Source: Fimbriosthenelais zetlandica
Lineage: Eukaryota
Reading direction: 5' to 3'
Assembly: GCA_977030845.1 (NCBI GenBank)
Contig: OZ365114.1
Span: forward strand, 25,606,001-25,670,000
Length of the DNA stretch: 64,000 nt
The translations under genes were made by a program, and so were the position numbers. Under the pieces are notes generated by a model. The model saw nothing but the letters and a program-made list of their open reading frames with translations. It was not told the DNA's origin and ran no database searches. Shown here in pieces: positions 1 to 10,937 of this stretch; position 1 is the stretch's first letter, and every line of letters starts with the position of its first letter.

Positions 1-281
1 TCGAAAGAGCTATTAGACGTCATTTCAGTTCAGACACTGTGTCTGTGTAGGATGTAGCCTACATTTTCACCCTGATTTTCCACCGGAGTATCAAATATAA
101 TATTTATATACCCTAGGGTAGTACAATCTTGGTTTGATTATACATATGGAAAGAGTTCTCGTTCTGTATCAGGGCTCCCACTGAAATCGGAACTCGACTC
201 AAGAATGTTTCCAAAACCGTTTCAGGATTTTCCAAAACCGTGGGAACCCTGTATCATGGTAATTAAAAAGTAAAAGCTCAC

Positions 282-426
282 CTTATGGAAGAACGCAGCT
301 CCAGTGAGAACCATGGAGAGTTCACAGGAGTGATTAGCGTTATATAGCCAGCTCTGATGATCCACGTCCCACGCGTGATAACGTCCAGGGAAACCCACGA
401 TCCGCTCCCTCGACTCACGCCAAACC
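282..426 (-). CDS. EXTL3: EXTL3 coding exon, 145 nt ([19 protein letters not shown]...LTGAAFFHK)
   Basis: Acceptor gattttcAG|G and donor CAT AAG|GTGAGC, phase 2-0. The NHS sequon and the following Cys are conserved. Confidence 0.95.
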
Positions 427-3400
427 CTGAAAATCACAATTAAAGTTAAAACTAAACATTAAATCTAATGTTAATATAAAACAGTTAACTATTAACCAGA
501 CATAGAAAACCATGTCTATGGTATTAACACAACTTATATTATATTATAGATTAGTTTCTTAAATTATAATTGGTTCTAAGTAAATTATTTTTACCTGAAG
601 CCGAACATGATCTCATCATGTCGGAGGTGGGCGTCGTCGTCTATAGAGAGCACCGCCTCTGTCTCTATAGAGTCGTAAGGCAGGAAGCGGTTGTTCAGAC
701 TGTTCTTACCCGTCTTCACAACCTGTTGAAGAAAAAATATTTTTTTAAAATACAAATCTTCAATGAACGAGATCTTTGGGGGATACCAAAATAGGTTCTA
801 TGGAGAGAACATAGCAGAAATTTATTTCTTTAACAAATGGCCATTTTCCCCATCCCTTAACATTTCCCCCTACTTTGTCAACTTTCCACCTGATCACCTC
901 AGGGTGCCCTGTCATCTCTACGTTTTTCCTTTTCAAATGGACAAAAATATATAATATCCTATAAGAGAAAGTTATAAAAATAGCAAAACACAAAGATATT
1001 TCCCTCATCTTCAAGTATGTGATATATTTTCACTTGGTGATACATATCATTGAGAAGATAATGAGAGTAAAGGTATAGCCGGTACTGACCATGATCTGGA
1101 CGCCTATCTCAGGCCATTTGAGGTCTGGTGATGGAGGTTGTTGGGAGTTCCACACCACCACTACCTTATTGAGGTGAGGTAAGCCCTTCAGCCGGCGCAG
1201 AGCGTTCATCAGTACAGGCTCCCGCTCATATGTTAACATCACAACTGAAATAAAAATAAATTTTATTAATTAAAATTCCAATATAATAACATTTTAAATA
1301 ATAAAAATATTTCCTGCTGAGTCTTGTAACAACTCTTATGTCTGATTACTATTAGAGGAATATGAAATACTATAAAGGAAAAGGCGGAAAATTATCATGA
1401 GAATATTTTGAAATTCCGTAGTAAAAGCTGGAGCCATCACCATAGCCCTGATTCATATACTACATTAATGGGTAAGGCAGAACACTCCAGCCGCCTAGTG
1501 TGTACAAGCCGAAACAACCAATTGGTAAACTATAGGTAAAGGGCATGAAGATGTAATGACTTAATAATGTTAAAGGAGTAATTTGTATTAGGATACTTAC
1601 TTGTGAATTGTTCACGGGGCCAGTTACCACCCAGTGCTTCGTTGAATTCCTTCCCAGCACCGCCCATACCCTTACCTATAGGACGGAAGCCCAGCCCCGA
1701 GCCTGGAAAATGTAAAATGTGAAAAATGTATTTCACAACATGAAGCAGATGTTAAAGTAAGACACATAATCACATACAAAAATGTAAAATATTATTTGTC
1801 ATGACTGCAAAAGCTCAACTTTCTGAAATGTGAACTCCAGGAAAAAAGTGGCCAGGCAGAAATGTCCTCCTCCTCTCTCCCACATTTTCTCTAGTAATTA
1901 CAGAACGCCTGGTGGCTTCTCAGATTCCTAAAGGCGGGACGTTTCTGCCTTTTTTCTTGTTTTCCTCATTAAAGTTGGGATGCCTTCAGGTAACCCTAGC
2001 CGCCCTAGACCATCTCAGACTCTCTATTAACTTGGCACCCAGTTAAAAGGGACATCTGTGATATCCCCCACCCCCTACCTCCAGCCTCTTTCCATTCTCA
2101 GGTCCTAATGAGGTTATAATGGCAGAGTAGTCGGGGTAGAGTCTATTCTTATTTTGTATGGGGTTCTGAAAATATCTAAACCATATAAATTTGCAGACAC
2201 GACCATACATGCCATGGGTCTATATACATGTATAGTATAAATCCAACCATATTTATTGATTAAATGTTTTTAAAATATATAAAATACTGATGTCAGAAAT
2301 ATGCCCCTATATTCTTCACTATGGGAATGATGACCCAGCCCTTGTATGATTTTCGAGCAGCTCTAAGCGTGAAATATAGATAAAAACCAGCCCACCAGAC
2401 GACGTCACACACTTGAGATGGTGACATCTCCTTGAGAGGACATGACATTTCTGTCTCTGGTATCCATGGTAACGGACGTCCCGCAGTCGACCAGGATTTG
2501 GACAGCGACCTGGGAGGACCTCTAGTGGTGTCATCTTACACTAGACAGCCCTATCTCACCATGCTGTTTGTTTTTCACAAATGGAAAGCTAGCGTGATAC
2601 TTCAACCAAGATGCCCCTACAGACTCTCCCCGCCCCCCACCCTACCCCCCAGCTACCCCAAAACTAACATACAGCATCCTAACCCCCATGAGCTTCTCTC
2701 AGACGACGCCAGGTGCCTTGTACTTCATGAACCCAGTATTTGGGCCAGAACGTTTAAATATTCCAAGAGAGCAAGTTTGTCTTTAGTCTCTTTGATATTC
2801 CTACCAGTGGGTATATACCCTTGGAAAATGTAATAATGTATTGGGGGTACCTCTAAACCTCAAAGTTTAGGGCATAGTCACCTGAGATTATCTGAAATTT
2901 TAAAATCAAAATTTTCCTCAAATCTGATTTCATCAGAAATATTCATTTCCATAGAAATATATTGATTGCGGTCCACAGAGATCTAATTCTGAATGAACTA
3001 ACTAAGTTATTGAAGCATCTCTGATGGGACACACAGCAAGTCTATGTAGCCCTGTCTCCAGTCTGACGAGTGATGATAATTATCAGGCATCTATCTGTCT
3101 ACATCAGGCATCTATCTGTCTACTGTGAGCAGTATGCATGGAGTATGATGACTGAATGGGACAGCTATTTGATATTAATGGAATATCTGATGGAATCACC
3201 CAGTTTCTACTCTATGCTGGTCATGCGTATATCCACCATTCATCACTCAGCTGGCAAATTCAAACTCTCACAGCTCCAACAAGCTGTTATATAGGTAGGT
3301 CTCCTACCAGTAGGCCTGTACTCGAGGTGAAAGACCAATATTAGTCCAAGAATGCAGGTATTTACATGTGAAATAGACCTGCTAAATTTGTCTAAAATGT

Positions 3401-6400
3401 CTTCCAACACATCTTTCAAATATCTTCAACATAGGGTTTCCAAATTGGAGACTTGGGGCTGCCTTTCTGTCAATGTCAATGATACTTATTCTTCATTAAA
3501 GCTGTCATAAGACAGACCTCCCTAGAGTTGCTAATACTATTTAAGCTCCCCATACATATATTGACATTTATCAAGTAACATCATGAGGCCGCCGGTTACG
3601 GTCCATTAGCAGAACAATTACAGGACCAGTGACTTTACAGCACATTACCATCACAATTACAGGACCAGTGACTTTACAGCACATTAGCGTCACAATTACA
3701 GGTAGCGGAGAACAGCAGCCCGCTCTGACACATGGGGTGAGCAGCTAGCCCGGCCTTGATTAGCTCAGAGCAACTCACTGATTACAACAAAGTGTCGCTC
3801 CATTACCTGCTAGCTGCTAGACCCATTCTACCTCCATTATACGAGGGTCTAGACTCGTATACACCAAGGCTTCAGTAGCTTACACTGCCTCGGGGAGGTC
3901 TCAGTGCTAAAAGTTAATGTGCTGCTTCAACAATTTTAACTTTCTACATATATATGCTAAGGCTGAGCAAGGTCTGACTATTGGAAGCTACCAAGGCTTG
4001 CTACATTTTCTGAGGAATTGGAAACCACTGGTTTAAGAACGAAATGCTAAATGTTTTATCAGTCCTAAATGTTTCAGCAGATGATCAGTAATATAATATA
4101 TATTAAACTGTGTGTTAATGCTACTGAAAATTCCATTATTGGAATTCTTAGAAACATAACACATAAGAATTCCAGGTCTCGACCAGTTGCTTTAGGTGTT
4201 TTTTGTCCCACTCACCACAACTGAGAGTAGTCTGGTATCAGTAGAGGATGGACAAGCATCATAACATGTCAGAGATTAGATAGTGTCATCTTGACAGTGC
4301 CGGGTATAGTGATGGTAAGCCGGGTGGTGGTCAGACTAGGTAAACATACAGTTTACACCTGGCTCCTCTCTCACTGCGAACACCAGCTGGACACTTGTAA
4401 GTGAGCCTCTATACTACTGCCCACTACATTCTACCCCCCGTAATCTACAAAACAGTATATTTGCATCTTCCCTAGACAGGGCGAGACCTAAAACATATGA
4501 GAGTTTCTAACAAATGGCAAGCAGCCTGCTATGGGAGGATGTGTATTGGTGAGGTTCAATAAAACTCTGGCTGTGTTTTGAGATTTACAGGATTCCAATA
4601 GGGATCTGGATTAAACAAAAAGACCCCCGAATATTTATGGGCAATAATCCCCAATCGATTAACCACTAACTCATCCATTTACCATTTAGGAGCAGCTGAA
4701 ACCAACTATGCTTCAAATGTGAATACATTTTCGAAAATTGGCAATGACACTCTCTCAGTAATTTCAGCTGCTGAAGCAAAATTGCCAAATGAAATCTAAG
4801 GTTGGTCACTCAGCATAGGGTTTATTTTCACTTCATACTGAGGGTCAAGAACTTGAGTTGGTGAAGCTTGTCATGGTAGGAATGTGAGTAGAGGGTGGTA
4901 GCCATTAAGCTGCCGGTAGGTAAGGACTAGAGGTGGGTTGAGAGGTCTGGGTTGATGGGTTTACTCGGCCATTCTAGCCTCTTCTCCCGCTGAGCTGGTC
5001 AGAGTAAGCATGGCAGGCTGGGGCATGTTGACCTGCCCACCCTGTATATATACACACACTTGTTATCTATGGCCAGCCGGGGGGCTGTCATCTTAGTCTA
5101 CGTGTGAGGCCCTAAGTGAAGGTACTCCGGACACCTCTATACCTAGATACCCTGAGGTTCAGAGGTGGTGAAAGAAGGTCACTGTCAATAGCTATCAATG
5201 TTCAATGACTATTATTCTGCTTTTATATCGTTACAAATATAGTTAAATGAAATATTTGGAGATAAGAATGAGAGAAAAAAGCATGAAAGAAAAAAGTTAT
5301 CACCTGAAAAGGTATTAAATTCTATTTTTAAGAGTTCGAGAGTTTCCCAGAACTAACAGAGCAGAAAGGCCGGAAATAATTTGTTTTGAACCTGGAGCAA
5401 TTTTGCTATTCATTGTCTTTGTTTGAGGAGCAATTTTAACAATTTGATTCACAATTTTCTTATCCTCTTATTTTCACAAAACGCATCTTTTACTTCGCAA
5501 ACTGCGATGCGTTACTGCTTATTTCGAGCCTTGAGCAGGAAAAATACTATGATGTGCAAATATGTGAGGAGTTTAAAAGGTCTGCATACTTATAATATAC
5601 CCTAGGTCATTCCAACTCACCTTCAAACTTGGCCTCAGCTGGTAGAACATTCTCAAAGGGCGTGAAGGGGTAACTGTGGAAGGGATCTCCGGGAATGTTG
5701 AACATCCTGAGGTTGATGGTGAAATTCCTGGTGAATCTAAGTGACGGGTAGGGGGCCTCGATGGGTCCTAACATATCCTCCGGTTCAGCAATCTCATCCA
5801 CCTCCTCACGTAAGGGCACAAAGGAGGAATTAAACACACTTGATGATGAGGCCTCAGCCTGAGGGAAGGCCGGGATCATGAGGCGGGTACGGAGCACCAT
5901 GAGGATGGTATCCACAATGGTCTTGGTGCTCCCCATATAGCTCTCCCATATAATCCGGCCCTGACGTCGCATGGCTAATATGTCATTGTCACTGAATGAA
6001 CGTATGACAAAGTGCAGCTCAGTGATACGCACCTTGGGTAGAGAGACTATGGCATCCTTCCATGACACAATCTCAGAGAAGGGTAGTACCACATGGTCAC
6101 CCAGCAGTACCGGGATGGCTCCCATCTGAAGCGCCTCAAAGATGCGCATCTGAGTCAGCGCTGACGTGACCACTGAGTCATTAGTAGGAGCCACAATCAA
6201 ACTAAACGTGGACTTTTTGAGAACTTCACTCCTCAAGGATGTGGGCCCGCACAATCCCCATTCCCCATTCACCCCAAATATCCGTTCATCACTGGGCCCA
6301 CAGCTAAAGTCAAAGTGGAAGCCATCGTCCCTGTAAAGCATTTGCATCCTTTTGAGAGTGTTGACGATGGCACGTTCTTGTTGTATAAGCATTTGGCTTC

Positions 6401-7763
6401 TGCCTCCCTGAGAGCCTGACTGGCTTGGTTGTTCATGTGGCTCGCGCCCATCTAGGCTTTTTAAATTACGCTGTATCCTGGCCTGGCCAGCATTCTGACC
6501 ATGTGTCCATTCACCCACCCGCTCATTCCCCTGTTGTATACTATTTACATCCCTTCTATCACTACCAGTCCCCTGGTACTTTGACGGGGATTGTTGAGAA
6601 TGTAAACTTTCTTTTACATTTTGTGACACAATATCTTTTTGTTGGGGACCCCCATTATTAATATTATTATTTTTATGAAGAGGTTTCTCCTCATTCTTTT
6701 TTAAGATGTCTTGAAATAATTCTATAGCTTTGTAATCACCTTGAAAAGATAAGAGGTGTCTTCGTTTGGCAGGCACAAGTGGGGGTATGAGTTCCCAGAC
6801 GTCACCCCGGGCAATACCAAAGGCAGGGGGTGCTACTAAGTCAAACTTTGGTCTGAACTGGAATTCTGTAAAAACTGACTGGACGAGGATAGCACGGCCC
6901 GTGTCCACCCCGTCAAACATATCACGGTTATGATAGTTCCTGGCCAGGTTAAATATCACATGGTTCCTACCGTCACCTCGCCAGTATGGTAAGTTTTTCA
7001 ACTTCCGTTCCAAACCGGAAGTGTTCCAAACCTGACCTTGTACAAGGTCACCCACCAGTACTATATAGACACAGGCAATGTGTGGGTCATAGGTCATGTG
7101 TGGACTCGTGTTTAGAGTGTGAGTAACACTGAACTTAACAAAGGGTTCCATGGGACTGGCTGTTAGCTGGAAATCCTCCGGGTCGTAGAAATAGACGGGG
7201 AACTGGGAGGTGAGGGAGCATCGTGAGTAGTCGAAGCATGTATCCATGCGGCAGCGGTGCTTGGAGCGTCGAGGCGGGTCGAGGTAGACATCATCCTCCA
7301 GTGTGGCCAGGATCTGACGCGGGGCGTGGAGTTCTGGCATGTTCCTCATGACCACCTCCTGCTGTTCCAGCTTGGTGTTCTCTATGGATAGCTTCAGCTG
7401 TTCCAGCTCTAGGTGTGTCTTCTCGTAGTCCCCCTTCAGGTGGTCAATATGGGTGTTATACCCTGTCATCTCAGCATGCAGCTTCTGCCGCTTATTCTCC
7501 AGCTCTCGAAGCTCATTAGTAACTGAAGCCTTGATCTTCTTGAGCTCATCAATCCTGAACCTGAGATCTGAAGGTTTCAGGTTGTCTTCCTTGAAGGGAA
7601 CTTCCAGCGGTGAGCGGTGTCTCCGGCCATGGTGGTCCTCCGTGGAGGTGGACTCTGCTCCCAGGTTAGAGATGTGGTAGTGAGCGATGATTGACACGCT
7701 CACTAAGACCAGCAGGAGCAGTCCGATCAGTCGCAGTAAGCGACCGTGGAAGTTACGATCCAT
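282..7763 (-). CDS. EXTL3: Exostosin-like 3 (heparan sulfate alpha-1,4-GlcNAc transferase), 3'-partial multi-exon CDS: join(7763-5621,1702-1601,1244-1090,722-595,426-282)
   Basis: The spliced translation gives 891 in-frame codons with EXTL3 signature segments: AHY after the TM helix, a coiled coil, [84 protein letters not shown] and [15 protein letters not shown]. All junctions are GT-AG with compatible phases. The last exons are outside the window. Confidence 0.97.
595..722 (-). CDS. EXTL3: EXTL3 coding exon, 128 nt ([43 protein letters not shown]), contains the catalytic DxD motif
   Basis: Acceptor ttttttcttcaacAG|GTT and donor TTC AG|GTAAAA, phase 0-2. This exon is not in the ORF track; I translated it by hand. 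Confidence 0.95.
1090..1244 (-). CDS. EXTL3: EXTL3 coding exon, 155 nt (IVMLTYERE...WPEIGVQIM), start of the GT64 domain
   Basis: Acceptor tttcAG|TT and donor ATC ATG|GTCAGT, phase 1-0. Confidence 0.95.
1601..1702 (-). CDS. EXTL3: EXTL3 coding exon, 102 nt ([34 protein letters not shown])
   Basis: Acceptor ttttccAG|GC and donor ACA A|GTAAGT, phase 1-1. The translation matches the conserved GT47-GT64 linker. Confidence 0.95.
3082..3123. repeat. 21-bp tandem duplication (atcaggcatctatctgtctac x2)
   Basis: Two exact copies read directly from the sequence. Confidence 0.9.
3614..3702. repeat. 39-bp tandem repeat, ~2.3 copies
   Basis: acaattacagg begins at 3614, 3653 and 3692. Confidence 0.9.
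5621..7763 (-). CDS. EXTL3: EXTL3 large first coding exon (TM anchor, coiled-coil stem, GT47/exostosin domain)
   Basis: ATG at 7763 has a strong context (ACG ATG G) and an in-frame TGA shortly upstream (7781-7779). The exon ends ...GCC AAG TTT GAA G|GTGAGT (donor 5620-5615, phase 1). Confidence 0.96.
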
Positions 7764-7876
7764 CGTACTTCTACCCGGTCATTAGTCACATGGTCTGACA
7801 CACTCAGAGGCTGGTCTCATAGGTCAGGTCACTTCACTGGTCGATGGTTCAATGTCCGCCATCATTCATCGGTAAC
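7764..7876 (-). promoter_or_regulatory. EXTL3 5' UTR portion of the large exon, containing several uORFs
   Basis: The acceptor tcatctttttccAG|GTTACC at 7878-7877 defines the exon start. There are six ATGs in 113 nt, and all of their frames stop before the main ATG. Confidence 0.75.
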
Positions 7877-10810
7877 CTGGAAAAAGATGAAAATATGTTA
7901 GATTATAGGTCTAAGATTTTTGTATAAAGATTCATTTTATACCATAATTATTGACTTTTCTTCATGAGTTCAAAGTATGTATCAAAATCAGTGCCATTGT
8001 TAATTCTGGATAAATTGTTAATATTTTCCCCACATTTTTCTCATAAAGGGAAAAAGACAAGTATGAGGTAGCTTGAGTGAATCAAGCTGTCCATAATTCA
8101 GTGATAATACCATGGCGTTTTTCTCACCTAACTTTGCGCCATATTCAAAGCATCTATTCTATGCACTAACACTTTTTTCCCAGGCCCTGTCATAATTTAG
8201 ATGATAATTTTAAACAGATCCCATCATTCAAAACCTGCTGAATCCATGAATCCTGAGCAAAACAACTCAAAAAGTGAGCAGCAAATGAAGCAACCAGGGC
8301 AAAGCAGGGCTGACTAATGGATGGCCACGTGGTCTGATGATTTCATGTAATGATATAAGAGGAGGTTAATCATACCCGCATTCATAGAGTCAGATTAAAA
8401 CCTGCCACCACCAACAGGCAGAAATATGCATTAAATATAACCACTCCTAATCTAAAGAGCCCAGATGGAATAGGCCTCATAATGATAGCATTCCATTCAA
8501 CCAGCAGGCCACTGCTTTTTCCCAAAAGCAATCCAGTCCCTGCTAAGAGCTCGATGGTGGATTTATATATTTACTGGGTGGCCCTGCGGTCGAAAATATT
8601 TAAATGAAATTCATATGTGCACTTACAGAGCCAATTATTTCTCGAAGGGCCCAACAAAGTGCTATTTTTTCATACAAATTTGCTCACTGATGTCATTGTG
8701 TTTGAATGAATAATAGGTTTTACAATCTACATGTGTTTGGCATTTGTGTAGGACTCATATTTTCACGCAGAAAGAAAATATTGCAATAAAAATCACCACA
8801 AAAAAGTGTAGAACGTGAGGCTCCATTTTTAATCTTCTTAAACTTTTCAAGAACCATAATCAATTTGCAGTACAACAGTCCCTTCTCTGCACATTTCTGC
8901 GGCACAATTCTGATTGCAAGTGCAATTAATTACCACTGTCTCATAAACATATAGCCTCGAGCAGTCTCTTAATGGGGAATATTGAAATAGGCTGGTAGGA
9001 ACAAGCAGAAAAACCTATAGGTTTCCACATCTCTACATTTCTAGTTATAGCCGGGGGTAGAAAAGACATGATAAGTATTCAGATGAAGCCCACACTGTGG
9101 AATAATCCATATCTTATTATCTAACACCACCCAGGCTATTGACATGGATTGTCAATGATACAGAGCAGTCTCTTTAATTCGACCATCCCTAATTACGGAC
9201 TGAACTCATATAGCAGGATGGTCAATAATCTGAATGGACCCTTTGCAAACCATAGTCTAAATCATTATTGTTTAAACTGTGTTGAATCATTTGATTCAGA
9301 TATGACCATTCAGTGGTCGGATAGTGGGATAGTGGCCTTTGTGAGGTGATCTTTTTTGCCGGGTCCACTGTAGGTAATATAGGATACAGAGGGACCTGGT
9401 TGAGTGGTATCTAGAGGAGTAGGACATATTCATGTATTCTGGTCTGCCAGTGGAGACTATCAGACTTATCATTTCAAGCCTAACAAGGGTAACTAGGTCG
9501 AAACTACCAGCGTTTACCCGATACATCCCATGAACGTGAATTAGCTCCACTGTCAATACTGGGAGCAATATAGCATATATGTATATTGCTATAGAAACAC
9601 ATATAAACCATCCAGCAAAAACACCAGTTCAGCCCCAGGGCACAGAGCAGGCACAAATACAAATGTATCCCACTTACAAATTATGATATTGCAATAGGAG
9701 AAATCCATTAATTTAATGGCAGAACTTTCCTTCATTAAAAGTTTTACTCAATCGATTAACTGCCTGCATGGATAAACTCTGAAATTGAAATTGTATTTTG
9801 CAAAGCCGATGAGAGCTCAGTCATCGAGCTGCATGTGGAAAAGATACTTAATTTGAGCTTGGCAATTGAATTATTTTTTTTAGTCTGATCTCTCTGCTCC
9901 CTTTTGATGATTATATTAGAGTTTTTTCCACTTAATGTGTCTTTCAATCGCTACCATCTGGTGTAGAGGTAAGCCCATCACGGCTATCCCTCAGTCCATC
10001 CTCTCAACCCGTCATCCAGCCTTTGAACACTCATACCAAGCACATACTGACGAGACATGTCCGCATCTTAATTCATGTCCTCCTGGCGGTGTTAAAAAGC
10101 TAATGGTTGGCTGGCTGCTATCACAATCCACGGCTACCAGTGGGGTTAATATCTGCCATACTCACACTCATATATCATATACTGATAATACCCCATCAAA
10201 GCCGCCGATTCAGGCCTTTATCAGAGTGTCAAGGCATACCGGGCATTCATCATGTTAGAGGGGGGCTGGGGTAGGGAGATAGGGGAGAGGTAAAGGGTGG
10301 ACCTATCAGGTACAAAGGTGAGGCTGCATTGCTATGGTATCCAGGTGTGGTCTGGAGGAGCATGCCTCAGACAGGGTAAGAGAGTGGTTATGTAAATATA
10401 ATACTGCTTCCTACTGTATGTATAGCAAAAATCATCCACACTAAATCATAACTAACCAACTCACTGCTTCATGGACTAAAGCTCCAGGTGCTATTCTATT
10501 TAACCTGTACTCAATGGCCATTTACAAACAAGTAATTGTATTAAGATTAAGGGAATAGATGGGGAACAGGTTATACAAATGCTAAATCTTTTTCCTCAAT
10601 AAGTCACATAGAATTTTGTGGAAAGTAGTTCTTGTATATTTCTTGCATACACCAAAATTCAAAAGCAGTACTATATTAAGTGAAAGCTGCTGCTGTTTCC
10701 AGTGAGTATTTAGCTAAGATATGAGCACACATTATGACTAAGATGCCATGTATCTATGTGAGTACACACCGTTTACTAGATGAGACTGATTAGTAGATAG
10801 AGGGACGCCA

Positions 10811-10838
10811 TGACGCAGTATGACGTCACATGACGTGC
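10811..10838. promoter_or_regulatory. Cluster of CRE/ATF motifs (TGACGCA, TGACGTCA, TGACGTG)
   Basis: TGACG occurs at 10811, 10821 and 10831, and the middle copy is a full palindromic CRE. Function is inferred only. Confidence 0.45.
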
Positions 10839-10872
10839 TACCTGTCTGATATAGAGGCGTTTAGTACATACC

Positions 10873-10937
10873 CCTCCAGGTAGAGCTAACTATAGGTAAT
10901 TCACCTCCAGGTAGAGCTTGCTATAGCTAATACACCT
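10873..10937. repeat. 31-bp tandem repeat, ~2 copies
   Basis: cctccaggtagagct begins at 10873 and 10904. Confidence 0.85.

Noticed and set aside
5607-5620. The ORF-track ending ...EGELE* of the 718-aa ORF as the true C-terminus
   Set aside because: This is read-through past a perfect G|GTGAGT donor. The conserved protein continues in the 1702-1601 exon.
570-7680. + strand ORFs overlapping EXTL3 exons (570-794, 6425-6661, 7453-7680)
   Set aside because: These are short antisense shadows of the real CDS with no recognisable product.
8128-9778. Further possible minus-strand mini-exons (~8128-8252 and 9678-9778)
   Set aside because: The splice signals are weaker or ambiguous and cannot be distinguished from background pseudo-exons without transcript data.
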